Shown: positions 37,188-51,549, numbered from the stretch's first letter. The stretch: 64,000 nucleotides of DNA from Octopus bimaculoides (GCF_001194135.2 NC_068998.1:51624981-51688980); one strand, 5' to 3'. Program-made: numbers and translations. Notes: a model not told the origin generated them from the sequence alone.

Positions 37188-37565
37188 GGCATGGTTATGT
37201 GGTAAGAAGTTTGTTTCTCGACCATATGGTTTTAGGTTCAATCCCATTGTGTGACATCTACTTTAGCCTCAGGCTGATCAAAACCTGGTGAATGGATTTG
37301 GTAGACAGAAACTGAAAGAAGTCCATCATGTATGTGTATGTATGTGTGTATCTTTGCGTGTCTGTCCCCCACCACAGCTTGAAAACAGTTGTTGGTGTGT
37401 TTACATCCCCATAATTTAGCAGTTCAGAAAAAGAGACCAATAGAATAAGTAGCAGGCTTTAAAAATATAAGTACTGGGGTTGGTTCATTGGTCTAAAAAT
37501 TCCTCAAGGCAGTGCCCCAGCATGGCTGCAGTCTAATGACTGAAACAAGTAAAAGATAAAAGATA
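37188..37565 (+). mobile_element. tRNA-derived SINE (family 2)
   Basis: Colinear with the 15799 copy, with CpG decay. Confidence 0.85.
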
Positions 37566-37814
37566 ATGGTTTCAAATGTTGGTACAGGGCCAGCAGTTTT
37601 TGAAGGGAGCAGGAAGTTGATAACATTCACCCCAGTATTTGACTGGTACTTATTTTATCAACCCCAAAAGGATGAAAGGCAGAGTCAACCTTGGTGGGAT
37701 CTGAGCATAGAATGCAAAGACAGACGGAATGGTACTAAACATTCTGTCTTCCATGCTAACAGTTCTGCTAGCTTGCTGCCTTAGAATATTTAATGATACC
37801 AAAATAGTCTTTTC

Positions 37815-38013
37815 TACTCTAGGCACAAGGCCTGAAATTTTGGCGGAGTGGGGTCGGTCAATTAGATTGACCTGAGTACGCAACTGGTACTTAATTTATC
37901 AGGCCTGAAAGGCAAAGTCGACCTCGGCAGCATTTGAACTCAGAATGTAAAGACAGACGAAATACCACTAAGCATTTCGCCCAGCTTGCTAACATTTCTG
38001 CCAGCTCGCTGCC
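37815..38013 (-). mobile_element. tRNA-derived SINE (family 1)
   Basis: Reverse complement of the family-1 head and tail. Confidence 0.85.
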
Positions 38014-39074
38014 TCAGTCAACTAAAATATTAAAATACATATATTCATTTTTGTTGTGTTATTTTGGTGGGTTTTTTTTTTTTTTTTTTTACCAATTGAT
38101 AAGCAGTTGATTCTCAGCTTTGAAAAGTTAGAAATGATTCAGAAAAAAAAAAAAAATTTTTTTTCTTTTTATAGCCTGGATAGACGTAATATTGGTACAA
38201 CATTATTTATTACTTTATATGTGAAGTTTAAATGTAGATTCAGTAGTTTTCAATAGAAAAAAAATTATTACCCCGCTGCAGTTTTCACACCTCACTTGAC
38301 ATAAAATTGTATTTAAAATACAGCTTTGCTCTCATGACAATGATTCTATGTATAAATCAAGGAAAGAAGGAAAAAAACTATAAAATTTCAAACTGAAAGA
38401 CATAAACTGGTAATATTCTAAAAGAAAAAAAAAATTAAAATAGCATCACATTTATTGAACAAAACAAATAAAAATAAATACAAAAAAATATCAGCTCAAA
38501 ATGTTAAGCAATAAAGACATCTCTCTGTTTCATGATTATATATACACACAACCCAAACTCTGAGAAATGCATCTCTTATGCCATTTGCAGGAGACCTCAA
38601 TTTTTCTGGGGTTTTTTGCTTGATTTTTTTTTTTTTTTTGTTGTTCTACCCCATTTGGAGTGATTCATCTTTGTTCCTTGAGCCCCCATATAGGTAGAAT
38701 TCTCGTCTGTTGCATATCTATTACCTTTTCCATTATTCTTTCTGTTACTTATCGATTTTAGTCTTTAGATTGTTGTCTGTCAAATAAAATCTTTAAATAC
38801 TTCACCGTTTTTGATGCTAACCCACCTGGGACCACCCCAGTTCAATGTTACAAACTTAATATTTAAAATAATTACATTAAAACTCTTCATGAAAATTTCA
38901 TGTTAATTCATGTTCTAAACACAAGCTAAATGATTCTTTCTACTTCAGGCACAAGGCCTGCAATTTTAGGGGAGGGGGCTAGTCCATTATATTGACCTCA
39001 GTGTGTAACTGGTACTTAATTTTATTGACCCTCAGAAGGATGAAAGTCAAAGTCAGCCTCAGCAGAAATTGAAT

Positions 39075-39440
39075 ACTCTTTTACTCTTTTACTTGTTTCA
39101 GTCATTTGACTGTGGCCATGCTGGAGCACCGCCTTCAGTCAAGCAAATCGAACCCAGGACTTATTCTTTGTAAGCCTAGTACTTATTCTATCGGTTTCTT
39201 TTGCCGAACCGCTAAGTTACGAGGACGTAAACACACCAACATATACACACAGATACATGTATATATATATATATATATACATATATACGATGGGCTTCTT
39301 TCAGTTTCCGTCTACCAAATCGACTCAGAAGGCTTTAGTTGGCCCAAGGCTATAGTAGAAGACACTTGCCCAAGATGCCACACAGTGGGACTGAATCCGG
39401 AACCATGCGGTTGGTAAGCAAGCTACTTACCATGCAGCCA
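39075..39440 (-). mobile_element. tRNA-derived SINE (family 2), young copy
   Basis: Near-identical reverse complement of the 15799 copy. Confidence 0.88.
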
Positions 39441-39860
39441 CTCCTACACCTAATGACAATTACTTTTATAAATTCTTCAATATTTTCAAAATTAATTGAA
39501 GCAAAGCAAGGGAATTCCAACAGAAATGTAGTGTTAAAAGGATTTGAAACATTTTCTTTCAATTTCATTAACTCCATTACATTCTCTGGTTCTCTTTTAT
39601 TGATCTCTTAAGAAATAAATAACTAAGTCAACCTGATCATAATGGTATGAATCAAATACCCCCAGTTGTGTTCAGCATCCCTTACTGACACATCCGATTG
39701 TCTACCAAATTTTTCTCAGCAGGCTTTGGTCAACCCAAAGCTGTAATAGTAGTAGCAGCAGTCGCAGTAAGTACTTGCTAAGATGCCATGCAGTAGCAAA
39801 ACAAATTTCATAACCACACAAACATACCTGGAGCTATCTTGTTGACTGAAGACAGATTAA

Positions 39861-40083
39861 CCCTTTCGTTACCGCATTTATTTTGAGATGCTCTGTGTTT
39901 CTCTCAATTAATTTTAAATATAACGAAGAATTTAGTAAAATAACTTAGTTATCATTAAGCTAGTGTTAGGAACATAACTTGTGACTAAGGTTTTGGTGGA
40001 AGATTTTGATTTGAAACTTATGAAAACAAGACATTTGTACTACAGAGCCAAAGGCAGTTTCAGCCAGGTTGGTATCAAAAGGG
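39861..40083. mobile_element. piggyBac-like MITE
   Basis: TTAA|CCCTTTCGTTACC ... GGTATCAAAAGGG|TTTTAA; 13-bp TIRs with 2 mismatches. Confidence 0.7.
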
Positions 40084-40233
40084 TTTTAACAGAATTCTAC
40101 ATGAACTTTTCCCACTTTAAATATACAGTCACTTCATCAACCACATCCAGATCATTCTAGTCAACATGACGTAGTTGTTATTTCATTATCTCTGGCGAAA
40201 TAAAAGACTTAGCCACATAGTTAAGAGGCTCAC

Positions 40234-40310
40234 CTCATCATTACAAGTTGTGTCATACTGTCCACACATTTGGCAACTGTCTTCTAACAAAGCATTGGCT
40301 TGTCTCGAGC
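40234..40310 (-). CDS. Candidate internal exon (xSRQANALLEDSCQMCGQYDTTCNDE), phase 1 to 0
   Basis: Strong GAG|gtgagc donor, ttataag acceptor, only one open frame. Confidence 0.38.
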
Positions 40311-42412
40311 CTTATAATTGCAATTTGGTATATGGATGTATATCAGCTTTGGATATCAAAATCTATACTTTGAGTTTAAAAAAAAATCCATTGTGGTATT
40401 TGATTACATTCTAATTATATCTTCCTGTGCTTAGGTTGACTTTGTTGTCCCAACTTACTGAGACAATCAAATATGTACCTGGCCAAGTACTATGGTCAGT
40501 ATACTCACCTAAAGTTCTTGGAAACAAGGCCCCAGCATGGTCACAGTTCATTAATTGAAAGCAGTAAACGATTAAAGAATCAGCTCAAATTGGTTAATCT
40601 CTTTGATCTAACTTTCCCTATTAGAGAAGAATTTACCACTTTCCATATAGAATCCACTTTGTTCTAGAAATATAACCAATCATGTTACTGGAATGCCATA
40701 ACTGAATATTCATATTATCTCCAGAATAACTCTGCCCAACATTTCTATTGTGAAATATTGGTTATTATTTCCCTTTACAATTTTATCTTTCAAAATTCTA
40801 GAACTGTCTTGCAAACATCTAAAAGCCATTTTGGTATTAGACATCTATCATGATAAAAGCAATAAAAAAATTTTTTTAAATATGATGCAATAATTTTTCC
40901 TTTCTTTTATTATTTTTTTCTTTTATTATTATTATTATTTTTTTTTTTTGCAACATCAAATGTCTAAAAGACACCAAAAATATAACTAAAGTTAGCTTTG
41001 ATTGCTGTCATTTCTTTCTTTTTCTCTCTTTTATTCTATGGTTGTCTGATATATCATCATCATTTAGTGTCCATTTTCCATGCTGGTATGGGTTGGATGG
41101 TTTGACTGAAAACTAATAAGCTGGAGAGCCACACAAGGTTCTAATTTGATTTGGTATGGTTTCTACAACTGTCTGCCCTGCCTAATGCCAACCGCTTCAA
41201 GAGTGTAGTGGGTGCTTTTTTCATGCTCACTGGCATCGGTTCCAGTTACGAAACACCATCACCACCCATGACTATACTCTCATTTGGTATGACAGGTCTT
41301 TTTAAGTTTCTATGGCTGAATGCCCTTGAGTCTACTAGCTAGGGGAGAGGGATTGATGGTTGGCAGTCAGAAAGAGTGGTACGCCAGATCTGGTGCAATC
41401 TTTCATACATGACCTTCATGAGGGACAGGAAAGCTAGAGTAATAGTATGGTGGTAGAGGCTATTGAATACATGTAACTCTAATATCATCTTTCTTTACAT
41501 GGGTTGTATGATATAATGAATAGGTGAGTGTCAAGCAAAGAAGAGAGTTAGACTGGTTTGATGGCATCTATATCTAGTTATACAGGTTGCATGGTATAGA
41601 ATAAATTCACTGCCATTTGTTGTTACACAGACAGCACGTAATCTTTTTTTTTTCTATGCGCAATGAGGCTTCCAACCATTCACAGTATTGTGATGCACAG
41701 ACGGATACGCATTTATTGTTGAGACATTATTTCTGTGTTTTCAAACCAAACTCTGCATTTTTAAAACGCAAATTAAGATCATAACGGTAGCAGTGGTCAG
41801 TCAGCTAAATGTGTGCCAACTCCGTCATTGACAGAAAGTCATGATAACATGAAAATTAATTGGGCAACGAAGCGCTTGTATCGTTTTTATCTCTGTCATT
41901 ATTTCTGTTCGGTTCTACAGTAGCCCCGGATGAGGATTCAAAGTCATTGCATCTTTTTGTTTCATTCTGGCACAGCTAATCGACAAAATTGTATCATCAT
42001 CATTGTTTAATGTCCATTTTCCATGCTTGCATGAGTCAGATGAAATTTGTTAAGACACATTTTTCTATGGCCAGACATGTTTTTCATAAGAGACTGGAAA
42101 TTAACAAAATTGCTTGTGTGATGGTGATGCTCGTTCATGGCCATTGTATGATATCAAGACAAGGGTACACGTACACACACACACACACACACACACACCA
42201 ATCATCATTATCCTCATTTAACATCCATCTTTCCATGTTTGCATGGATCAGACGGAACTTGTTAAAGCTAATTTTCTGCCTTATCTGTTGCCAAACCTCA
42301 CCTGTTTCCCAGCAAGGTAATATTTCTCCATGGCCACACAGGTTTTCATAGAATATTGGAAAGGAATGACATTCATTTACAACAACCATGTAATGTCAAC
42401 ACAATAAGATGT

Positions 42413-42464
<52 letters not shown>

Positions 42465-42679
42465 GGCTTTTTTCAGTTTCTCTCTGCCAAATTCACTCAC
42501 ATGGTTTTGGTCAGTTCGCGGCTATATTAGAAAAAGCTTACCCAAGGTACCACACAATGGGATTGAAGCTGGAACTTCTCAACCACATAACCATGCCTGC
42601 TTCTGTAGTATATATGGATATCCTAATTTATAGATAAATGAAAGTACAGAATGAAGGAAAATGGACAATACGATTTTTA

Positions 42680-42935
42680 TTGGCACATAAAATACACCAT
42701 TTCGAGCGTGGCCGTTGCCAGTACTTCCTGACTGGCCTTCGTGCTGGTGGCACGTAAATGCACCCACTACACTCTCAGAGTGGTTGGTGTTAGGAAGGGC
42801 ATCCAGCTGTAGAAACTCTGCCAAATCAGATTGGAGCCTGGTGTAGCCATCTGGTTTCACCAGTCCTCAGTCAAATCGTCCAACCCATGCTAGCATGAAA
42901 AGCGGACGTTAAACGATGATGATAATGATGATGAT
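42680..42935 (+). mobile_element. RTE-type 3' end with (GAT)n tail
   Basis: cgtccaacccatgctagcatgaaaagcggacgttaaacgatgatg; same family as 22100. Confidence 0.8.
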
Positions 42936-43709
42936 GAAGTCTACCACATCCACTCACATACCTTTGGTCAGCCCAGGGCTGTTGTAGAAGATACTTACCT
43001 AGATGAAGTAAATGTTCAGTGTCGCACTGTTGTTGTGATATCATATATGGGGAGCAGTGATTGATGTTGTTGAGCAGCATCTCCTAGTGGCATTTATTGT
43101 GGGTAAATTTTTGAATTCTAGTAGATTGTAAGTGCAGCATCAGTGTGTTGTTGACAGGATTGTCTTCCAATTCCTATGATTCAATGTCAGCTTTGCATGG
43201 ATCACACAAGATTTTTTGGAAGGCAAACTCTAGACATTGTTATATTTGTCCATTCTATATTTGATGTGATCTCCATCAAAGTGCATATTGATGCACAGTT
43301 ACAAAGAACAGGCTTTATTTTATCAAGAACTTTCTAAAAAGTTCTTATCCAAATGTGTAAATATTTAATAAAAACTGTAGACAGTAGCACTAGTTACACA
43401 GCAGGAAGAAAAAAGCAGAAAAGTATTTTGAAATATTTGCAATATGCTGTACTTAGTGTGCTAAAATTTTGATTCTTTTTTCCTTGTGTATAACTTGAAA
43501 AAACATATATAAAATCTGAATTTGGGAATCTGGAAAAGTGTGTTTTTATTGTACTTTATAAATACATTAGTAAATATGATACATATATATATATATATAT
43601 ATATATANNNNNNNNNNNNNNNNNNNNNNNNNNNNNNNNNNNNNNNNNNNNNATATTTGCATAAAGCTTGTAATATATAAATTTATATATATAAAGCTTA
43701 AAATTTCTA

Positions 43710-43752
<43 letters not shown>

Positions 43753-45641
43753 ACAAACACACACAGAGAAACATATATATGTTTATAAATATACTGATAT
43801 AGATATTTATTTAGCTGTAAAGTTATTTTAGTGACTCAATGGCCATGAGTTTCATGTCCTACACTTTGCTCACAAAACATTTAATAAGCACAATGCACAA
43901 AATTCTTGTCCCCTGAAGCATTTGTAAAACTTCACAGAGAAATGAACAATATATATAGTGTTATGTACTGGGTTTTATACTTCCTGCCTGTTTAAACTGT
44001 GAAGTTACATAAGTTACTCAAAGACTGATAGTTTCCTGTATTGCACTTAGAAAAACGTTCATGTACCTATACAATGTTTTCTCATGTTGCCATCAAATGT
44101 GACGTTCTTTTTCAAATATACTCTAATATTTCTTCTCTTCTTACCAAACTTTTTCCAGTTATATGAAGTGTCATCTCTTCATACACTTATAAAAAAGTAA
44201 CTAATAATGTTTAAAACATTAGATTGGTTAAATATTGATATTTGTGAAGATTAACAACAATAGTAAGAACAATAGTTTTGTGTAGCCTCAAGCAACTCTG
44301 AGGGAGTAGATCTCTGGACAGAGGCATTCTTTATATGACCATCTTTCTGTTTTTTGACAGGTGGTTTGATGATAAGATCTAATATGTACTTTCCTGACCT
44401 AAGATGCTAGGAAGTAATTCATATTCAACTTGCCCAATGTTTCTCTGATTACATAACTCCAGTTTTTTCTAGTAATCTAAATTAAAATCTGTCATCAAAA
44501 TTTTCGTGCCAAGTTATGTTTCAACCATTAAATGATGACAAATTTACTTTCAAGGTTACTTGAAATAAAGGTATTTCAACAGAAATATCGTAACAAAAAA
44601 GATTAAAGATTTGGTCACTATTTCTAATGGTTTGAGTGACCATATGAGGGGCTCCTTCATTTGTCTTAATAAACAAATATTAGTCACGAGAACAGTTTTC
44701 TTTGACATGCATTAGATTCCATTATCATATGGTAGTAGTTCTACATTTAGTTTGACATGCAATCGCATTTTTTTCATAGACTTAAACTTGCTTGCTTTTG
44801 AATGTTGAATTTTAAAATTCTGCAAACACAGAGAGAGAAAGAATTGTGTTTGTGTGTGTGTGTGTTTGTGTGTCTGTGTGTGAATCTGTTTTATGATGTC
44901 ATGTTTATAGTAAATGACAAATACAAAATTTTGTAGAATCTTGTGACACTGCCACCGATTCAATTGAGCGCCTAATTTTATTAACACCTGGAGACGAAAA
45001 TATTTTCACACTTTGTTTCTTTGCAAAATAATGTTTTTGGTTATTTTATATTATCTTACGCTTTTACACTTTAGTTACTATAGTAATGTCAGAAGACAGA
45101 ATTCTATTAGACCAAATTTCATGACGCACATTATTAAGAAAAGCATTCTAAAAAGGAAAGGTGTGCTTGCTGCTTTTGGATAACTAGCTGAACAACGTCT
45201 CTATTGCTTACAATACATACATACACTGGATGTGTTAGGTTAGCTAAAAATCAATATTTTTAGTTTTCTTTATCATCATTGCAAAACTTAATGATTCTTA
45301 GATTACCATCACCTGTATTAATTTACCAAAACTTTTAGTTTATGATTCTAATAAATCATTATAGAGTTATGGGTTTTTTTGTTTTGTTTTGTTCTTTTTC
45401 TTTTCTCCTCCCCTCAGATTTTATGAAAGTATGTATGAAATTTTGTGTTTCTCTTTATAAGTCACAAAATAAACGGGTCCAGCTTTGCATTTAGCTGCTA
45501 AAGAAACACTGTAGCACACAATCTCTGTTACGAGACAAGATTCCTGCATATTTTAATTCTAGCAACTGGGCTAAATTTAGCATCTGGCTAGGAAAAGAAG
45601 GAATTTTTGTTCTCCCCTTTTTATTTGTGTTTTGTTTGTAG

Positions 45642-45695
45642 GTTTAATGACACTAATATTATGATCAAGTTCATCTGCACTTTGATGACAAATAG
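45642..45695 (+). CDS. 54-nt symmetric phase-2 exon (RFNDTNIMIKFICTLMTNR/S)
   Basis: Strong ttttgtttgtag acceptor, AG|gtaaac donor and open frame; phase-compatible with the 23299 donor. Confidence 0.5.
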
Positions 45696-46365
45696 GTAAA
45701 CGAGTCAAGCAATTGAAATAAGAGAACTGGTGATAACTGACTAGCAATGCTGAAGAAAAACGATCTTTGGATGCTGAAATGGTAATCACTCATAGTATTA
45801 GATATCTGTGTTGAAATTTCTTTTCTTTGTTAGAGCATTTATAATTACAATCCTAAGCAAATTTCATCACAAAATGAGAAAACAATATTACATAATTTCA
45901 TCAAGACAGTTGCCTCTTGCTGACTGACTGTCAAGCAAGAAACATGTTATTTTATCTTTCAAGTCATTTTCACTGTTCTCATTATTACGTTGTTCCCTCT
46001 CCACACCATACTCTAAATACACAGCTATATACTATCCACCCACTTATATTTTCTTACCGCTGATGTTTAGTACATCACAGCTTTTTTCCTCTTATTAAGG
46101 TTATTTTCTTTCAATCATCAGTAAATACATTAATTTCTCTATCACTATCTTGATTTTTTAAATTTTATTTTCAATTTACGTTTATCTTTTAGAAATATAT
46201 TCTTATATATATAAAGTGTTTATGATTTCTTTTTAGATTTTGGATATTCTTTATTTTCATTTGTTAAAGATTCCATAGTTATAATATTCAAGGCTATAAT
46301 ATTGTAAACACAAGAAAAGTCTTTTATTTTCTGAGCAAACTACTCTCACTTTTTATATTTTTCAG

Positions 46366-46402
46366 TATCATATGGCAGATCTATAGTAGACTGCTAATGT
46401 TC
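46366..46402 (+). CDS. Candidate short exon (SIIWQIYSRLLMF), phase 2 to 0
   Basis: Strong tatttttcag acceptor and phase match to 45695. The gtagga donor is moderate. Confidence 0.25.
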
Positions 46403-48315
46403 GTAGGACTGGTGTCACATTATATCTGATACTCAAGCGACTTTATCAATGTGCCAACATTAATTCTTTAGCACATATTTGGCCCAAATATTTTACCTGT
46501 TTTATGTTCAAGCTGGCACCATCTGGCCTCTCACACCTACCTACAATGTCATTCCAAAAATAGATAATCACATAATTGAAGTATCAAAGGTGTGAGATAA
46601 TGCATGATAAATTCAAAACATTGTGAATAAAGGATTAAAGTGAATGTAAAATGATGATGGTGATGATGATGATGATGGTGGTGATGATGATGATCATGGT
46701 GATGATGGTGGTGATACTACAATGAAATTGTGAGGAGGTCAACAAACTTTCACTCATTATTCAACTTCATCACATTAAACCTTCCAACTCTTTATTCAAA
46801 TATTTTCCATTTTTGAGTTTGCCAATCAATTAAGCAATTTATTTCTCTTTCCTCCCCTTGTCACTTTGTTTATGTTTTCCTTGCACCAAATAGTCAAAGT
46901 AATTTTTTTACTATCTACAACTTGATTTAACTGGACAGCATTGAGCTGTCTAGTTAAACCAGCTTTGAGCTGGTTACTTAATCTGTTAGAAATAATGACT
47001 ATATCTCCTTCAAATTACACTCTACCATCCTTCAAAGAGAAGGCCTCATTGGATGATATTGCTGTAGAGAGACCTTTGATCGTTGATCTATTCTGTCAGG
47101 GCTAACTTTGGGCTTAACAATAGCAACAGCAACAAAAAAATAAATAAAATCTACAATTGGGTTCCAGAAACTCAACAGCTACTTATATATAAACATCAAT
47201 CATAAAAATTTATAAATTTAATTATAAAAGTAAATTTCTCTGTCTAATATTTCATTTATAACTGTTTTGCCTTCTTCTCTACATTGGTTTAATCTTCTTT
47301 GAAGTTCTCTAAATCTCTCTGGACCTCTGAAGCTTCATAATTTACTTGTAAAGGTTGCTCAAGTAACTAAATATATTGTTTTGAGTGATCCATAGTTGAT
47401 GTCTTTAATCATTAGCAACAGAGGTAAACACCTGCTTTCATTTAAGTACATTTTCAACAATTAGTCTGCTATCAATCTTCCAGGTAAACTACTTTATTAG
47501 CATTGCAGCTGTCTATTTGGTTTCAAATGTCTGCTTGTGATCGTTGCTGCTAGCTAAACAATAACTTCCAGTAATTTACGATATTTTCTCTGGTATCCAC
47601 ATCGAAATCACATATGTACATTAAAAGAAATTAGGGATTCGGTTCTTTATCTTAAAATATTTGGTAGAAGTGATTGTTTTTTTAGCTCAGGTCAATTTAG
47701 ACAAACAGACATATGTCAATGCCTTTTTAGACCAAAGAGGTTTTGAGAGGATGATGTGAAACCCTTTAAGGCTACATCATCATCACTATCATCATCTTTT
47801 AATATCTATCTACAAATGTTGGCATGCATTGGACGGTTTTTCCGGATCTGATTGGTCACAGGACTGTGTCATGCTCCAATGTTTACTTTCGCAATGTATC
47901 AGTATATCTGCAACTGGATATCCTTCCTAATGCCGACCACATTACAGAGTGTAATAGACACTTTTTTTAATTGCACCATGTATCTTCCATGACAAAGACC
48001 ACCTTCAACTGAATTGGACTACAGTTGAGAGGGTAACAGGTTTATGCCTAGCAATGAAAGGCTAAAGGATGAAAGGCCCAGAACAGATTTCTTGCTGTAG
48101 AGGAAGTACATGGCTATTGTTAATAATTCCTGACACCTCAAGTACTGCATATACTCTTATGACTATTAAATTGACAGAGCTAAAAGCTTGGATGAGTTCT
48201 CAAGATTTTTTACAATTTCTAATGATGTTATTACATATTACAATTTAAATGTGTGGAGTATTGTTGTAGATTTACTGACACTTGTATAATTTAAAATGTG
48301 TTTGTATGAAATATT

Positions 48316-48500
48316 CTTCGTGCTGAGCCAACTGGCAAAAGGCCTAGATGTAGACCAAGAACAAGACGGTTGAATAATATCCATGTTTTCAGTTAGTCAT
48401 GCTTGGGGATGTGTAATGACAGTTGCTTTTGACAGGACCCAATGGAGGAAGTGCCTGAGGGATTCTACCTCCACAATACTTGCAAGAATAGTGGGTGGAG
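48316..48500 (+). mobile_element. RTE-clade LINE 3' fragment (second family)
   Basis: LRAEPTGKRPRCRPRTRRLNNIH...DRTQWRKCLR; homologous to the 55.8 kb copy. Confidence 0.75.
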
Positions 48501-49094
48501 AAAATAAATAGCTGGATGGAATATTTAAACTTTCTTTTCATCAAACATATTCCTTACACTTAAATAAGCTGAAAGAAATCAATAGATAACTACATTTTCT
48601 GAATATTGATGATATAAGCATTATAGGTTTATTGGGTATTTGGTTTTATGGTGTGAAAGCAGATGAGAGATAAATCTCTTTGACTAAATTCCAGTATATC
48701 ACAGATGTAACATTTCCAGATGTCCTGCTTTCTGTTCCTGGCCATTCGTTGAACTGTGGCAATGTAAAATAAATTGTTCCAACCCCCAAATGAATAAAAT
48801 ATTTGCATAGATTTGAATTTGTGATCCATAAGCATGTTGTCCACTACTTTATCCATGTAACCATCTTGCTTCTTTTTAACTGATCAAGAGGTAAAGAAAC
48901 TGAAGGCTAAACTTAATAATAAACATTATTATCCAGCAGAAGAAAGTAATTTTGAAACCCCACTCCAATATTCAGTTCTTTCTTTTATTTTTTTCTTGTT
49001 TATGTATTTCCAGACCATCATATAACAGCAGTTAATGGAAACAATATTGAAACTTATTACATATGGCTTTCTTACAAAGCATTTATAGATACTG

Positions 49095-49520
49095 GTGTAG
49101 CTGTGTGGTAAGAAGTTTGCTTCCCAACCACATGGTTCTGGATTCAGTGCCATTGCATAGTATCTTGGGCAAGTAACTTCTACTTTAGCCTTGGGCTGAC
49201 CAAAGCCTTGTGAGTGGATTTGGTAGACGGAAACTGAAAGAAGTCCATTGTGTATATAACTATATGCCTGTGTGTGTATGTGTGTGTGTGCATGTGTTTT
49301 CATGTATGTGTTTGTTCCACTACCCCACTGCTTGACAACCAGTGTTGGTTTGTCTGTGTTTCTTAGTGGTTCAGCAAAAGAGGCCGATAGAATAAGTATC
49401 AGGCTAGAAATATTTTTAAAAAAAGAGTACTGGAGTCAATTCATTCAGCTAAAAATTCTTCAAGGCAATGCTCCAGCATGACCACAGTCTAATGCTTGAA
49501 ACAAATAAAAGATAAAAGAC
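49095..49520 (+). mobile_element. tRNA-derived SINE (family 2)
   Basis: Colinear with the 15799 copy. Confidence 0.85.
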
Positions 49521-49794
49521 AACTCAGCATATAACTGTGTTCTTATCTACTTGGAAGTCCATTAGTATACCCATAGATACACAAACGGAACCAGTTGCTT
49601 TTCTAGTTATCATTTCCCTTGGTTATATACATATATATGCACTTGATGCTCTGATCTTTAAAATTGACCTTTCAATTAAGCTCATCTCAACTCTCATATT
49701 TATTTTAATCATAATATCTCATTGACTCTATGATAGTATTATTTCTGTATTATTTTATATAATTCTGTCTACTAACATCTTTGTTTGTTTCCAG

Positions 49795-49960
49795 CAATTG
49801 TTTCGCCATCCAAAGCGCTATATAATTTCTTTGTTCTCTCTCCTTGACACATGATAAAGTCTTGTTTGTTTCTGCCGCTAATTCACTATATGGTATTAAC
49901 CGAATTAATATGGACAAATAAGTAAATAAGTAAATAAATAAAGAAAGACAAAAAAAAAAG
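49795..49960 (+). other. Possible terminal or non-coding exon
   Basis: Very strong acceptor with ctaac branch (actaacatctttgtttgtttccag). All three frames stop within 60 nt; AATAAA near 49934. Confidence 0.27.
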
Positions 49961-50196
49961 AAAGAAAGAAATGCTTATCAAATATGGATTCCAGTTTTGA
50001 TGCCATTGAATGCCAAAGAGTAGAAATGTTGACAATATCAAGCAAGATCTTTAATGTCATAAATATCTAATAACATTACTAAAGTGACACGTTTGCTGCC
50101 TTGCTACTTAGTGTGTGTGAGTGTATATATATATACATATATATAAATAGATGTAGATATAGATGTGTGTGGGTGTATAGATATATGTGTGTTTGT

Positions 50197-50243
<47 letters not shown>

Positions 50244-50599
50244 CACAGACACATATATATGTATATATAATATATACACATATATACATATTCACACATG
50301 TATATCATTGATATTAATGACATTTTTAGTAATTAGAAGAAAAAAATACATGCACACAAGGCACATATGTTGCACCTCTTTGTCTCTTTCATTGTGAATT
50401 TTATTTTATTCTTGTTATTTTTGTGTGTGTGTGTGCATGTGTGTGTGTTTTGTAATGTTCTCTTCCATTTTCTACTCTGATAGCAAGTGTTGTTTGCCAA
50501 GTACTTACATCCTTCTGAGAGTTTGAGCAATAAATATAGTTGAAGGAATATCTACTTCAATTTTTTTTTCCTTTTTTTTTTATATATTTAATGGTTTAG

Positions 50600-50727
50600 T
50601 GGAAGAAATTATCAATGATGGTCTAGAATATTCTCCAAATGTTTCTCAAGAAGTACTGGAGTACTTCACAACCTCTTCCAAACGCGTTCCAGGTCAGAGA
50701 TCATGGATCATTTCCAAAACCGCCTTG
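50600..50727 (+). CDS. Internal exon (xEEIINDGLEYSPNVSQEVLEYFTTSSKRVPGQRSWIISKTAL), phase 1 to 0
   Basis: T-rich ggtttag acceptor, TTG|gttagt donor and 42 open codons of protein-like composition. Not recognised. Confidence 0.5.
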
Positions 50728-51201
50728 GTTAGTGCTAAAGCAACTGTCAGTTTAAAATAAGCGATGCATGTATAACGCTAGTGCATACACCAATACTGAG
50801 TTAAAATTTAAAACCTAATTAAAGCAATGCAATCAAGAGAGCTAGTTTTAAGAGCTAAGTAATGGAAACATTATCTTCATAACAGCCTAGCGCTGACATT
50901 TTTCTGGTGTTAATGAATCTGATACCTTGTTTGTAAGTTGGATGTCAAAGGCACCAGCATTAAAGTAGTTTATTGATGAACACTTTAATTTATTGATTTT
51001 GCCATTAAAGGTCTGTTCCCAATTTGATTAGGCTTTAATTACTTAAATGGTTTTTGCTAATGAGTTTTTAAATAGTCACTTATTGCAATATTGTCTGATA
51101 TGTTCTTTTTTTTTTTTAATTTTTCCATTGGGAAGAATTTCTTCAACTGCTAATTAGTTGCTTTTAACCAAATGAAAAATAAATATTTTAAATTCTATAC
51201 G

Positions 51202-51252
<51 letters not shown>
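51202..51252. repeat. (ATT)n microsatellite, representative of the many simple repeats
   Basis: Uninterrupted ATT array. Confidence 0.98.
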
Positions 51253-51549
51253 TGCTAGAAAGTTATTTATGACATAGAAAATAAATTATCCTTATGTTCA
51301 AATTTATTGGAATAACTTGTGGATCTTTGTTATTGTTGCTTTTTTCTCAGATCAACAAACTTAAAAGCAAAAACACTCCAGCTTTCATCATCTCATCGTC
51401 TCTCACCCCTCACATATATTATATCTAGAACTATATTATTATCCAATATGTCCTCCCTTTTTAAATGAGAGTGTAATTTAAGAGAGATTTGACTGGTATT
51501 TCTAGCATATTGAGTGAACATCTAGAGGTTTCCTTGTATGTAGAAAGAA

